Positions 48,991-60,398 of a stretch of 64,000 nt of DNA are shown here, piece after piece. Origin of the DNA: Marsupella aquatica (taxonomy: Eukaryota > Plantae > Marchantiophyta); assembly GCA_973895155.1 (NCBI GenBank), contig OZ316898.1:20347292-20411291 (forward strand). The letters are read 5' to 3'. The notes below the pieces were generated by a model. The model did not search any database. It was not told the DNA's origin and saw only the letters and a list, made by a program, of their open reading frames with translations. The first letter of the stretch is position 1, and each line of letters begins with the position of its first letter. The position numbers and the translations under genes are program-made.

Positions 48991-49718
48991 ATGGGGAATT
49001 CAATGAGTAGGTTAGAGGAACAGTTTCAGAGACTTGAAAATAAATTTCTTGAGCATGAAGCAGAGCGGGAAGCAGCGACCGAAGATAGAGAGAGACTGGA
49101 AAATGCAACGAGGGAAGCCAGAGACAAACAGGAAGCAGAGCGGGTAGCAGAATGGAAAGCAACGAGGGAAGACAGAGAGAGATTGGAAAATAGGTTTGTT
49201 GAGCTGGAAGCAACGAAGGAAGTAGAGAGGCAAGAGCGGGAAGCTGAGATGCTTAGATTCGACCACAGGCTAAGGAAGGCGCGTCAACTAAATCATGCTA
49301 CAAAGGGTAAATTGATGGGGAAGATTGAGGAACTCATGGAACAGCTACACCAAGGGAGACAGGTCGCGGAGGCAGGTGCTAGAATCTAGGTTCCTCCTAT
49401 ATTTTGATTGCTATGGGCGAATTTGTGTGGATGCTATTGCAAAAGCCAACAACAAAGTTTGGAAGCTCAACATACCTACTTGAGAAGTACCCTGAAAAAT
49501 TGGCTGCTGCTAGTAGCTTTCTTGGATTGGATCCAATCAAGGTATCCGACATTCTGGGAAAAGTGATTTTGTACAGAAATTGGAATGCACAGAGTCCAAA
49601 TTGGTTGGAAATGAGTGAAAGACTTTCAAATTGTGAGATGTTGTTTTGTGCGTATCCTACTTTGCGAAATTCATTGAAACATCAGTATGGTCTTTTAAGA
49701 AAAGCATCAGAGTATTAA
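48991..49718 (+). pseudogene. Disrupted coiled-coil protein ORF (unknown family)
   Basis: E/R-rich ORF 48991-49389 with an internal duplication (EDRERLEN x2). After a stop and frameshift, a globular-looking segment follows at 49404-49718. Confidence 0.4.
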
Positions 49719-51653
49719 AAAGCTTTTTTGCCTGAGAATTTTGCAAGTTTTGGCCATAGACTCAGTAGATTCTCAAACCACAGTCTCAATAGAGACCTGG
49801 TCAATTTGTTTTGTTGGAGAGATCAATGCATCGATCAGCCTATTGTAATATAGACATGATTTTGATGTCAAATTTGTTTATTCATGACAAGACCATTGTC
49901 TGTCAAAGTTGTGCACTGAACACAAAGTGATAACATTCAACAGCGATCTTGCTGCCACACTTCTATGCTGCACATGTGAATATACTTTCTGAAATAAAAA
50001 GTCAAATTGAGTCAATTTCAATCTTTCGGGTGCGGAAAGGATCTCTCTGAGAATACAGATTGTGGGTACCCACAAAATTTGGCCTATTACTTTCGATGAT
50101 CCCTAGCTAGCTAATGCTCACAGGCAGATAGATGTTATGGAGGTCACACCTCGACAGTAGCGCTACAACATTTGTAAATCCTGTCAGGAGAAGAGGTTAC
50201 CAGTGTGTAACCATTTCTACAGGGGCCTGCTATAGAAGCTTCTTTGAATATTTTGGGAGCAGGTTACAGCCTATAACCCCAGCCCTGCCCTGCATTAGCG
50301 TACATAACTCCTACCCGGAAAGAGGTTACCGGTTCAACTTTTCAGGACACCAGATTATGACTCCCGGCTGCCGCCGGTCAGTTTCTTTTCATATTTTGGA
50401 CGCAGGGTTACAGCCTAGTAACCCTGCGCCCAGACCTGCATTACCCTATACCTTCTTAGTCTGTAAGTCCTGCCCAGGATGGCGTAGAAGAGTATGGCCG
50501 TTGATTGTTCAAATTTGATTGAAGGACGATCGACAGGCAAGATTTTGTTCATTCTAGGCTTGTCAGACGATATCGAATTGCAAACAAAGCGCCATGAACT
50601 CTCTTTGTAGTGGCGCGTGTTAGTTTATCCTCGAAGCGAGCCATTGTCGTACGAGACGTCTACAATGTCACCAAACGGGCTCAAGTGGACCAGACTATCT
50701 ATGGCTGCCTTCATAGTAAGGTCTGATCGTTGGGGTGGTGCTCTGCGATCTAGATCAGCAGTCCATGACTCTGCTGCTGCACCTTTCTGCTATCCCGCCC
50801 GCCAGAATTCTACCCCCATTCATTAAGTAAACTAATGATGCTATATTGTAAGCTTTACACTAGAGACCATTATTGTCGCCGGAGGTCCTCGGGAACACCA
50901 GTGGGGTTGTGTGACAACATTTGACTTCTAACCCCTATGTCCCACAATGCCCTCGGGAAGGAACATGGCAGTACTCTGTTTTTTCCTTCCGAATGCGTGC
51001 TTCCTCAACTCACACCCAGAGCATCAACGTTTGGTGTCTGAATGGATTTCTTCTCTTGCTTGGTGAGGAAAACAAAGTGGCTCTGTGTTGACTTTTCATA
51101 TTGGTTTGAGTAGAAAATTAAGGATACAAGGCTTTTTGTGGCTTCCAGTGGATCCAAACTCGCTAAATTTTGAGATTGACAGAAGCTGGTCGAACAAGAT
51201 TGCCAAATAAAGCAAGCATTTGGGCCAAAGTGCTACATGTAAACAGTGTAACCTTTATGACCAAGAAGCTTTGGCGCCCGGCGTAGTTCCACATGGAAGA
51301 TTCAAGGGGGGCAGCTTTCTTTTCTGCCAAGACAGGTGTTTTTATGTTGGCGAATTTTAACATTCGAATAACTAGGGTTGAAGAAAGTAAGAATTCTTTG
51401 GATAAGACCAACCATTGCATACGAAAAGAAAATATTATTTTTGCGATGTGGCAAAACAAGGGATAGCCCCAAAACAACTTCCAGACCACCTGTAGCCAAG
51501 AAAATTCATGTGGAAGGTAGCACTTACAAGCGCTTGGCAAGCTACAGAATATCGTTGCAAAGAAAAGGTACTACTATATAGATTCACTACAAAGATGGGT
51601 GCATTACAATATTGGGGTTGGCTGGGATGCTACAGGTCCTCAATTATCAACAG

Positions 51654-51858
51654 AGCATCCATCTTCTTGATACACACCGACTTCGCACCCATGGTGTGCG
51701 CAGTCTCAAACAACTCGCTCGTAGCATCCATCTTCTTGATACACACCGACTTCGCACCCATGGTGTGCGCAGTCTCAAACAACTCGCTCGTAGCATCCAA
51801 CTTCTTGATACACACCGACTTCGCACCCATGGTGTGCGCAGTCTCAAACAACTCGCTC
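51654..51858. repeat. Near-perfect 69-bp tandem repeat x3 in the presumed 3' UTR of the DUF300 gene
   Basis: agcatccatcttcttgatacacaccgacttcgcacccatggtgtgcgcagtctcaaacaactcgctcgt at 51654, 51723, 51792; one substitution. Confidence 0.97.
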
Positions 51859-51920
51859 TACGAGGAACAGATTCATCCCTCACTGTACAATTCACGACCA
51901 AGTACAGCTTCCCACATAAA

Positions 51921-54287
51921 TCATCCATCTTTCTTCAAACGTTTGGCATTTGCAGCAGCAATCATTTTCTCTGTATCCCCAGAGTACTCAGACGTGGAGA
52001 AAGCATACTGTTGGACAACAGCAAAAATGACCATCTCTAGACAAACAAAGAGGTTTTGATAGGCTTCCTCGATTTGAGAAATTTCTAGGAATTTGTGCTC
52101 AGTGCGGATAACTTCTGTGTAAGCGAGCATTGAAAGCATAACTCCCTGCACGTTGAGGAGCAAAAGAGGAGTCCATTTAGTACTCTTTTTCACTCGTTCC
52201 CTATTCCACATCAAAATCATGGAAAGCAAAACAAAAATATTCTAGGAATGAGGACACCTACACTTCTTCGTACACCTCATGACCTCAACGATTTCCTCGG
52301 GCACGTCTCGACGAATGACAAAGAAAACTTGGGGGAGTCTTCGAAAGTAAGATTTAAGACCACATTGAAGACACCAATTCTGATCCAATTCTTCGAATAT
52401 ACCTTCTGCAAACTGGCATGCATTTCACTGGTGTAATGCAATCATATTGGACTCTGTTCACAAATGAAGAGGTACTCTCAATATTCGTGAGAATTTACCT
52501 GCCAGAAGGAGAAGAAAACAACGCCCTTGATGCAGATAATCTTTGCCAACGGACTATGAGGAGCTAGTTCTTTACTGAACACGTGATAAAAGGTTATCAA
52601 AGAGTACATAGCAAGTGATACTGATATGTTCAAAATGATGCTTGTAACCCACATGATCAGACCCTCATATAGACCAAGCAACTCCAAGCCCACAATCAGT
52701 ACTGAGACAGCTGGCCTTATTATCACAAACTGCCACGTCCATTGCTGAAGGCGTTTTAAGGTCTTTTGATCCAACTTTACTTCGTGGGGCTGAACACACA
52801 GAACAGGGAAAATTGTCAACCTTCAACCCCATTGAAGCAGCTCAAAATATTCTCTGGAAAATAATCAAGAGCAAGAATCGTACAGTGGTTCTCATTTACC
52901 GCACATTTGCCATACCACCAGTTCTGAATTTCAGGCAAGGAAGAGATGACACGATTTACATTTGCGGATAGCCTAGTCTTGAGGAAGACCGCCTCAAACT
53001 AAGTCTGGGTCACCTTCAGATATCATATTAAGAATCTGTTGAAACAATAATGCTTAGATATAACCTGGGATTGACGATAGACATGCCGACTTACTTGAAA
53101 GAGGGTGATGGGAAAGCTGTGGTGAATCACGCGTCCTTTTATTTCATCAGGCACAAAATTGGTAGTTGGTGATATATTCATATAGCTGTACAGCAAATTT
53201 AGGAATGAGGCAATAACCTGAATAGTCCATCAAGGCAAAGAGTCAAAGCTGGACCTGTAAATGTAGTGACCACATCCAACCTGCAGAAAGGATCACCTAC
53301 AGTACCTAATATGACCAAGAGCTGAACAAATGGAAATATTTTATGCATGGTCGAATCACCGAACCAGCAGAGGAGAATTAAAGAAATTGCACTTTACCTT
53401 CCTAAGAGTTTCCTTATTTACTTGATAATCACTAGAGTAGCAGAGCAATAGTTCAAAAGTTAACTTCTAGTTTTCCTGAGCAAAATTTCCAGAATTTTCC
53501 AAACTAAGAGCAGAAATTTACAAACTAAGCTTTCTGTTATGTTGCAGTTTTCTTGCTTAGGTGAGTATCTCTACCGTAGCAGAGACAAATTTTACAAACT
53601 AAACCTTCTGGTTTGGTGCAGTTTTCTTGCTTAGGTGAGTACTTATGCTAGGGGCCGTCCAATTGCAAAACCATCCCGGACAAAAACGAAAGGGGAACCG
53701 AATTCAATCGAAATTCCACAATCACATTGGGTAAATGGTTCGTTGAAAAATCACTCAAGTAGCAGACAGAAATTTGAAAGGGGACCCTTCTGAGTTCTGG
53801 AGAATTCCTTATTTATTAAGATCCCTCGCCCCATTGAAAATTCGTGCTGCTCATTCGATTGCAGAGCTCATATAGGGCCAGACAAAAGGAATTGAACCAA
53901 ATTGAATACCCTTCAAAGTTCCCCTACCGAAAGGGGACATCAAGTGCAAAGCAGCAAATAGTAATTAAGCCACAATAACGCAACTGAGGGAGGAGAACTA
54001 ACCAAGGCCTCATAGCACTCCTTGATGGACTCCAAGACGGTGAAGAACGCTTCAGTCCCCTTGATCTCCAGAAGACCCACAAAGGAGGTGAGAGCATATA
54101 GAGGAGCCATCATGATGATGATGCATATGAGCCGCTGCTGCTCCGGATTCTTCCAGAAGTATAGATGCCGCGTCAGCAATTTGGATGTGAAGTGCAAACA
54201 AAGCAGGGTGGACGATCCTGCCACCAGCAGCACGGCCGTGTGCATATCCATTCCAACGGAGTCGAGCAAATCCTTGTAGTATTCCAT
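51921..54287 (-). CDS. TMEM184/OST-alpha/LAZ1-family (DUF300) membrane transporter-like protein, 4 exons
   Basis: Exons 54287-54003, 53217-53095, 52789-52499, 52145-51921, all phase 0 GT-AG. Motifs: HLYFWKNPEQQRLICIIIMMAPLYA, ESIKECYEALVIASFL.LLY, WTWQFVIIRP, SLAMYSLITFYH, PLAKIICIKGVVFFSFWQG, QNLFVCLEM. Confidence 0.95.
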
Positions 54288-54612
54288 GCTTGCCTAACTT
54301 TCCTATCTGCCTTCCTGATTGACTGACTGACTGCCTAGCCAAAGGTGACCACCTCGAATTCTCTTTAGTGCTCCCCTGTTTCCTTCTGGATTGACCTCAG
54401 CAACACTCACTCCCCTGTGCTACAACACAGTAGAGCGGAAGTACACAGTCGAGCGGAAGTACCGGCTGGTGTGCTAATCGTTCAGTCTGCTGCGCCCATC
54501 AGTTATGATGAGACTACGGTAGAAATGAGTACAGTACAGCACGCAGGGGCTTCGCAGTGATGGAGGAGATGATGGATTTCGCCTTGAACGCTAGTCATAC
54601 AACTGTCATCAA

Positions 54613-56003
54613 CCTTCCGTTGGCGCCGTGGAGATCGACGATTTGGCAGGCCCGTTTCGAAACTCTCCACACCAACAGTCTCAGGTCCGAAAGTCTCGAA
54701 GTGAACAAAGAAGTACCAGCCAAGCCAGTTACCTCATCTGGGCACAGCTCGATCTAGTGGAGACACGAACATTACACGCACCTCAAGACGCGCGATTCAC
54801 ATCTGGACGTCAAACAATTGTACAAGTTTTAAAGCACGGTCCAGATAACCCTGCCAACTTTGGTGATAGCGAACAGAGACATTGTTGTTTCAAAGGTGAC
54901 AGAATGCCTAGAAAATTTGTTTAAGTACCGGACTGCAAAAAGCCGGAAAACCCCACGTACCCAAAAAATATCACCTACAGACATGTGCACCCAGTATCTT
55001 AATCTGGTGATACGACGAGAATGTAAGCAAAACAAAACGAGAAGTTCAAATGACTGAAGTAAGGCACTGAAACGGCTCTTGTGTTCGGCCAGCCAAGATT
55101 TGAGATTGGCAGGTTCTGTCTTGGATCATGGAGTAGCCTACCTTCAGTAGCTTGCAGAGGAACAGGCGGCGAACAGGCGGCGAAGGAAAACATTCTTTGT
55201 CCCAAAGTACTCCATTTTTTTTGTGAAGGTCAATGAATGTCATCTGCAAAAACAATAGAAGGAATATGGAACCAACTGCATGTCTAGAAAACATTCACCA
55301 AAACCACACTGGACAACAAAGAGAAAGATTTGCTGGACGTCTGTGACATATCAAAGACCCAGTGAAACATGAAGAATTCGCACAGGATTCAAGACTGGAA
55401 TCAAGTAAAATTTACAAAAGCTTGCTACCATTGTGCCAGTAAGGCGAAGTAAGGTCACGTCAGTGTGAGCCTCAGCGGGCAGGATGATAGTTTTGGAAGA
55501 GTCTAGTACCTCCTCACCTTCGAAGCTGTCCTTCACAGTAGTTTTCTGGGGACGTATACTAGTAGTTGTTGATCTGGAGGCATTCCGGGGGGGACCTACA
55601 GGATGCCTAGGTCCCAGCTTGGATCGCGATTGTGTTGGTTCTAACCTTCTCACAGCTAGCTGGAATGCTCGCAAAATCCGTGACGACGTCAAGATCAGGA
55701 AAGCAACGCACCTGATGGTCCCTTCCGTTTGCTCCGTCAACATCGACGATTTGGCAGGCCCGTTTCAAAACTTTCTACACCAGCATTCTCAGATCCAGAA
55801 GTTTCACAGCGAACAAGAAGTACCAGCGAAGCCAGTTAGCTCATCTGGGCACAACTCGATCTAGTGGAGACACGAACATTGCACGCAACCTCTAAACGCG
55901 CGCTTCACATCTGGACATCAAGCAATTGTAAACTTTTAAAGAACGGTCCGGATAACGGTAGAGAACAGAGACATTGGGTTCAGAGGTGACCGAGCTCTTA
56001 GAA
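54613..56003. repeat. Diverged ~300-bp direct repeats (54613-54913 and 55720-56003) upstream of the DUF300 gene
   Basis: Shared atcgacgatttggcaggcccgtttc, aagaagtaccagc.aagccagtta.ctcatctgggcaca.ctcgatctagtggagacacgaacatt, and cagagacattg...ggtgac. Confidence 0.93.
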
Positions 56004-56171
56004 CACCAATGCCTGACTGGGCTCAATGGGGAGCCCCAGTACAGATGCTCTTAGGGCCAAGCCCCGGAGTACAAGTGAAAACATTTGGAATGGAACACAA
56101 GAGGTGGAAAACCAGGAGCAGGCGTCTTTCTTGATCAGTAAATTCTTTTCTTTGTATGCCCATACAATCAT

Positions 56172-56430
56172 GGTTATGAGGCATTAACCCCTGGTGAGGC
56201 CATAGAACCCCTATAGCCAGCCTGGCCTCACTGGGGATTCTCAAATTGAATGAGAAATACACTAAGGTGCAAGTGACAAATGAGACTTTTGCTATGTAAA
56301 AATGAAGTAAATGGTTCACAAATTGGGCTTTACGCCCAGTAACTCATTCTCACTTGGGGATCATGGGTTCTAACCCCCTTGGGCTCACCGCCCTCAGGCA
56401 TTACATCCCATTACCCCTTCTTGGGGATGG
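56172..56430 (+). mobile_element. Dispersed repeat, copy 2 (unclassified TE fragment)
   Basis: Colinear with 35386-35600. Confidence 0.7.
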
Positions 56431-56766
56431 GTTACAATACACCATACCTAACCCTTGGTCACTGTTGCTTTCACGATTGGGGCCGGGGCTTCATGACAGT
56501 GGGTCCCCAGGACCGGCCAGATTCATGGGTACATGTAACAATGGAGACTGAAGGCAAAAGAGGCAACCATTGTTATTACAGACTGAATATCAAAGCAAAA
56601 AAAAGTTGATGTGTCCTGAGGAGTAGAGTGGAGTCTAGTGATGTCCAGTAGAGGCAGGGCACTTGTCAGTTAACATTTAGTAGTAACGTAGGCACCGAGC
56701 TGTAGTTCAGGCTTTTACTACAGTACCCTGTAAAAATGTGAAATCCCCAATAACTCTCATTTCAAA

Positions 56767-58545
56767 CTAAATGTATGAGATAATTGGCCTCCCGGATGCC
56801 GACGATTTTGTTCTTATAGAACAAAAGGTCGTTGAGCTGGTCGGCAGTAGGCGTCCACAAGAACTCAACCTTGATGAGTTCTCCTCCGAGGAAGGCAGAC
56901 TTTTGTAGGTCCCACAGCCGAGCAAGCTCCTGTCATTCTCGGGTCTCGTCCTTGTATGTTCCAATGTACTCAGTTGCCCGTTCGAACAGACATCCACAAA
57001 ATTGTGCAGTTTGGTTGACGTTGCTCATTCCCACCTTGTGTTGATGCTCGGTATCTACTTCCGCCCACAGTGTTTGCCTAAGCAGCTGACAGTCGTTGGC
57101 TTCTTCCCGCAATTCTCTGTCAATCATGCTCGCAAATGAGCCGCCGCTCTTAGTGAACAGTCCTTACCCCCTTCCTGGCTGCCATTGTCTGGCTGCCCGC
57201 TGATTACCCACGGCTGCCCGTGCTTAGCGTGCCCTAACCCTAATCATGCCTCGTAGTTGCCGTTGCGTACTTACTTCCGGCCTGGGCCCGGGTTCCATGG
57301 TTACCCTTAATTGTTTATGTTTTCCCTTTTTCCTTCTTATATTAATGTGTTTTAGTGTACACCACCCGGTTTACCATCTTAAATGGCCTAGTGATTCCTG
57401 GCTAGGCATCACACAAATCAGCCAGGATTTTTTGGCACTCTTTGGCTTTGTGGGAGTGCATTCGAATTGTACACCCTGTTTAATGGGTGTACTACAGGTG
57501 GGAGAATTGGCTACATTGCTACGTAAATGTATGGAAGGACTATTTGTATCAGCTTCATGCAGAAATGCCAGGCCATCGATGTGGAGCTCTAGGTCTTTCA
57601 TAGAAAGCCAGACACACAATTTATGACATTTCTGAATTACTTTTTGAACTGTGACTACTTGCCCATGCTCATCTAAAAGGCTAAACGCTCTTGGCTGCAA
57701 ATTGAGGAGCACAGTTGCTTGATCCCAGATTAGAGCTTTTAGTGGGGGTGTGCCACCATTCACAACATCAAACAGAATGAGTTGAAAACGATACTTGGGC
57801 TCTCTAGGGGCGGAATGCCCACATTTCCGACCAAACTCCAGAGACTTCTTACAAGGAACGCCTGGCTCGCGGGGCTCAGTACATGCGGAGTATGTAAAAC
57901 ACCTTGGAAAAGGATTTCTGGCAACATAGTTCCCTCCCCAGACTAGAGAGGGTGGGAAGGACTCAATTTTTCCAGCCAGTCTAGCATCCTCCACAACTGC
58001 AAGGGGTGTCCAGCCCCCCATGGCCTGGAATGCCACCAAGACACAAACATTCCAAGCATTTGAGGATGCAGCAAAAATTTAAAATCACATGAGAAGCAAC
58101 CGGGCGCAAAATGTTGACAGCCATAGAGCACCTTCCAGATTTGTGTTAAACCAATGCAGTGCACACCTTCACACCATAAAGCGCCAACCATTCGCTGAAG
58201 CGTCCCACCTCGATTCCCCGATCACAATGAAGTTCACAAAGCTGCCCTCCCTAATCGAATGCGTCGAAAGCTGGCAAAGCTGTCTCGTCGATGCCGCTGT
58301 CTCGTTGATGCAGCTCGTAGAGTTGCGAGGTAGACTTCGAGCTCTTTCCCCCTGATCCGTTGCGTGGCTGATTCAACCATCACCCTCAACCCTATGTTAA
58401 CCTGGGTTACGCATAGTTCGACCCTAAACTCGGTCACCATTCTCGGGCATGACTGGTCGGGTCTCACATACGGGACCTGACCAGTCTCGCTCGTTGCCCC
58501 GACCCGCGACGCTCTCAGGTGTCGTCCCACACGGAAAACTTTCAT
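56767..58545 (-). pseudogene. TE-associated RPA70 C-terminal (DBD-C)-like OB-fold/zinc-finger ORF with broken flanking coding segments
   Basis: ORF 57371-58039 contains FTYSAC...CKKSL....KCGH.....PKYRFQLILFD......KALIWDQATVLL, matching the RPA1 DBD-C pattern (Y.AC..C.KK...C..C...PRY.L...D.T....FD..A..L). The adjacent frame at 56767-57130 has an internal stop. Confidence 0.6.
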
Positions 58546-59175
58546 ATTTGAGACGCCCTATTAATGTCTAGAAAAAGAGAACCTGAAGCCCCAATGGACC
58601 CAACACATGAACCATGGGACCCCTCTGTACCATACTTTATGTGACACTAAAGGATAGTCAACTATTTAGGAGTTACAGGTTCATTTGGGGTGACTCAGGA
58701 TGTAGAAGATTCCGTCAGTGGTCAGTAGTACCTGCATCAGTCCATCATGCTCTGTACCAATGGCAGAGGTCTCACACTTTCCCAGTGCAACTAATCATAA
58801 CCTCAATGTTCCCCATCACAGCTAATTGTAAGAAATATTCACGGAGAGTAATCCTTGGATACTCATTAAATGTGCGTTGGTATTCCCCCACTTCCCATCG
58901 GAAACCTTCCCCTGCGTTTCAACATTTTTGGGTGAGTCCTTGTCACTTTTTCAGGCCAATTTACTTTCACACACTTGAATGCTTCCCGGGCCCAGATTAT
59001 CCATTATTAAAATTTGTTTAATATTAAATGTACTTTTAGGACATCCTAACCTAATCTCTCGATTCTAGGGTGCCCTGTGCAATGCCTGCGTGAAATTGAA
59101 GGACTCATGTTCTCAAAGTACTCTGCACAAAAAAAGGACTCTACGCCCCATTGCCCACTGCTGCAACAATGGTCG

Positions 59176-59685
59176 AGTCAGTAGGTTTTGTTTCTGGCAG
59201 TGCCTCGAAGCTAGGATCCAAGAGCAATGTGAATAGTTGACACATAAAGGGCATCATTTTTTGGGGCATCATTTTTTGGGAGGGCAAGGTATCGACCCTC
59301 CTCCATTTCCCCCGCGCGTCAGTAGTCGCGTCAGTAGTCGCGTAAATAGATTTGCGTCAGTGGATTTTGTTTCTGGCACTTGGCAGTGCCTCGAATCTAC
59401 AATCCAGGAGAAATGTGAATAGTTGATAGATAAAGGGCATCATTTTTGGGGCATCATTTCTTGGGAGGGCATGGCATCGACTCGTTGCACAAGAGAGTAC
59501 TCTCTGTGCTCCATTACCCCTGCGTCAATAAAGAATGGTCGCGTCAGTAGAGTTGCGTCAGTAGAGTTGCGTCAGTGGATTTTGTTTCTGGCAAGTGCCT
59601 CGAATCTAGGATCCATGAGAGATGTGAATAGTTGAAGTGGCATCCTTTTTGGGGGCATTGTTTCTTGGGAGGGCATGGCATCGAC
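59176..59685. repeat. ~180-215-bp repeat x3 with embedded GCGTCA(GTAG) short-motif arrays
   Basis: ttttgtttctggca..tgcctcgaa.cta..atcca..ag..atgtgaatagttga...ggcatc.tttttggggca...ttgggagggca.gg.atcgac at ~59184, 59362, 59577. GCGTCA occurs seven times between 59316 and 59575. Confidence 0.88.
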
Positions 59686-60398
59686 AGTCCAGGTGATTCT
59701 CAAGAACAATTCTTGTCATAGCACATGCATTGTACAGCGACAAGTACAAGGTAAGTCACTCATTCACACTCATCATATTAATTTTCTTCACAACTGTTAG
59801 GGTTTTTTATTATCTTTGCAGATCGAGGCAATGAGATGTGACCGCAACGTGAATAGTAACTCTTCATAAATGAGAATTGTGTGGACCAATAAGAATGATT
59901 GAACATGTGGAAGGAGATGTAATGCAAGAAAAACAGTAATTGTGCATGTGTAGTAATAAAAATGATTCAATATTTGAGAAGAAGCAAATGAGAACCATAA
60001 CTCTGCGTAAATGAGAATTGTGTGCACTAGATAAGAAGGATTGATAATTGGAGTCAGAAGTGTATTCCTGTGTTCTGAATGAGAATTACTTTATGAATGA
60101 GAATAACTTTTTGAATGAGAATGATTGAGTGTCTAAATGTTTGTGAAAGACCTTAGACAATGGCTCCACATAAATTGATATGACTGACTGAAAAACCCTA
60201 CTCTGTGTTTTCTGACTAAGAAGAGTAACTCTGCATACACATTGAGAATTTTTGGATGTCAGTAAATAAAAGAGCCAACTGGGTATACTTAATGCGATTG
60301 ACTGTATAGAATAATTATCAGATACTTATTGAATAGGAATACTTCCTTTCTTTAGATTTCAAAAATTAATCATTCAACTTTTACTTTTGATTGTCAGA

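Noticed and set aside
51654-51858. CRISPR-like array (repeats with an internal palindrome)
   Set aside because: Units are contiguous with no unique spacers, there are no cas genes, and the context is eukaryotic.
54613-56003. TRIM/LTR element with paired LTRs
   Set aside because: No TG...CA termini, primer-binding site, polypurine tract or TSD recognisable.
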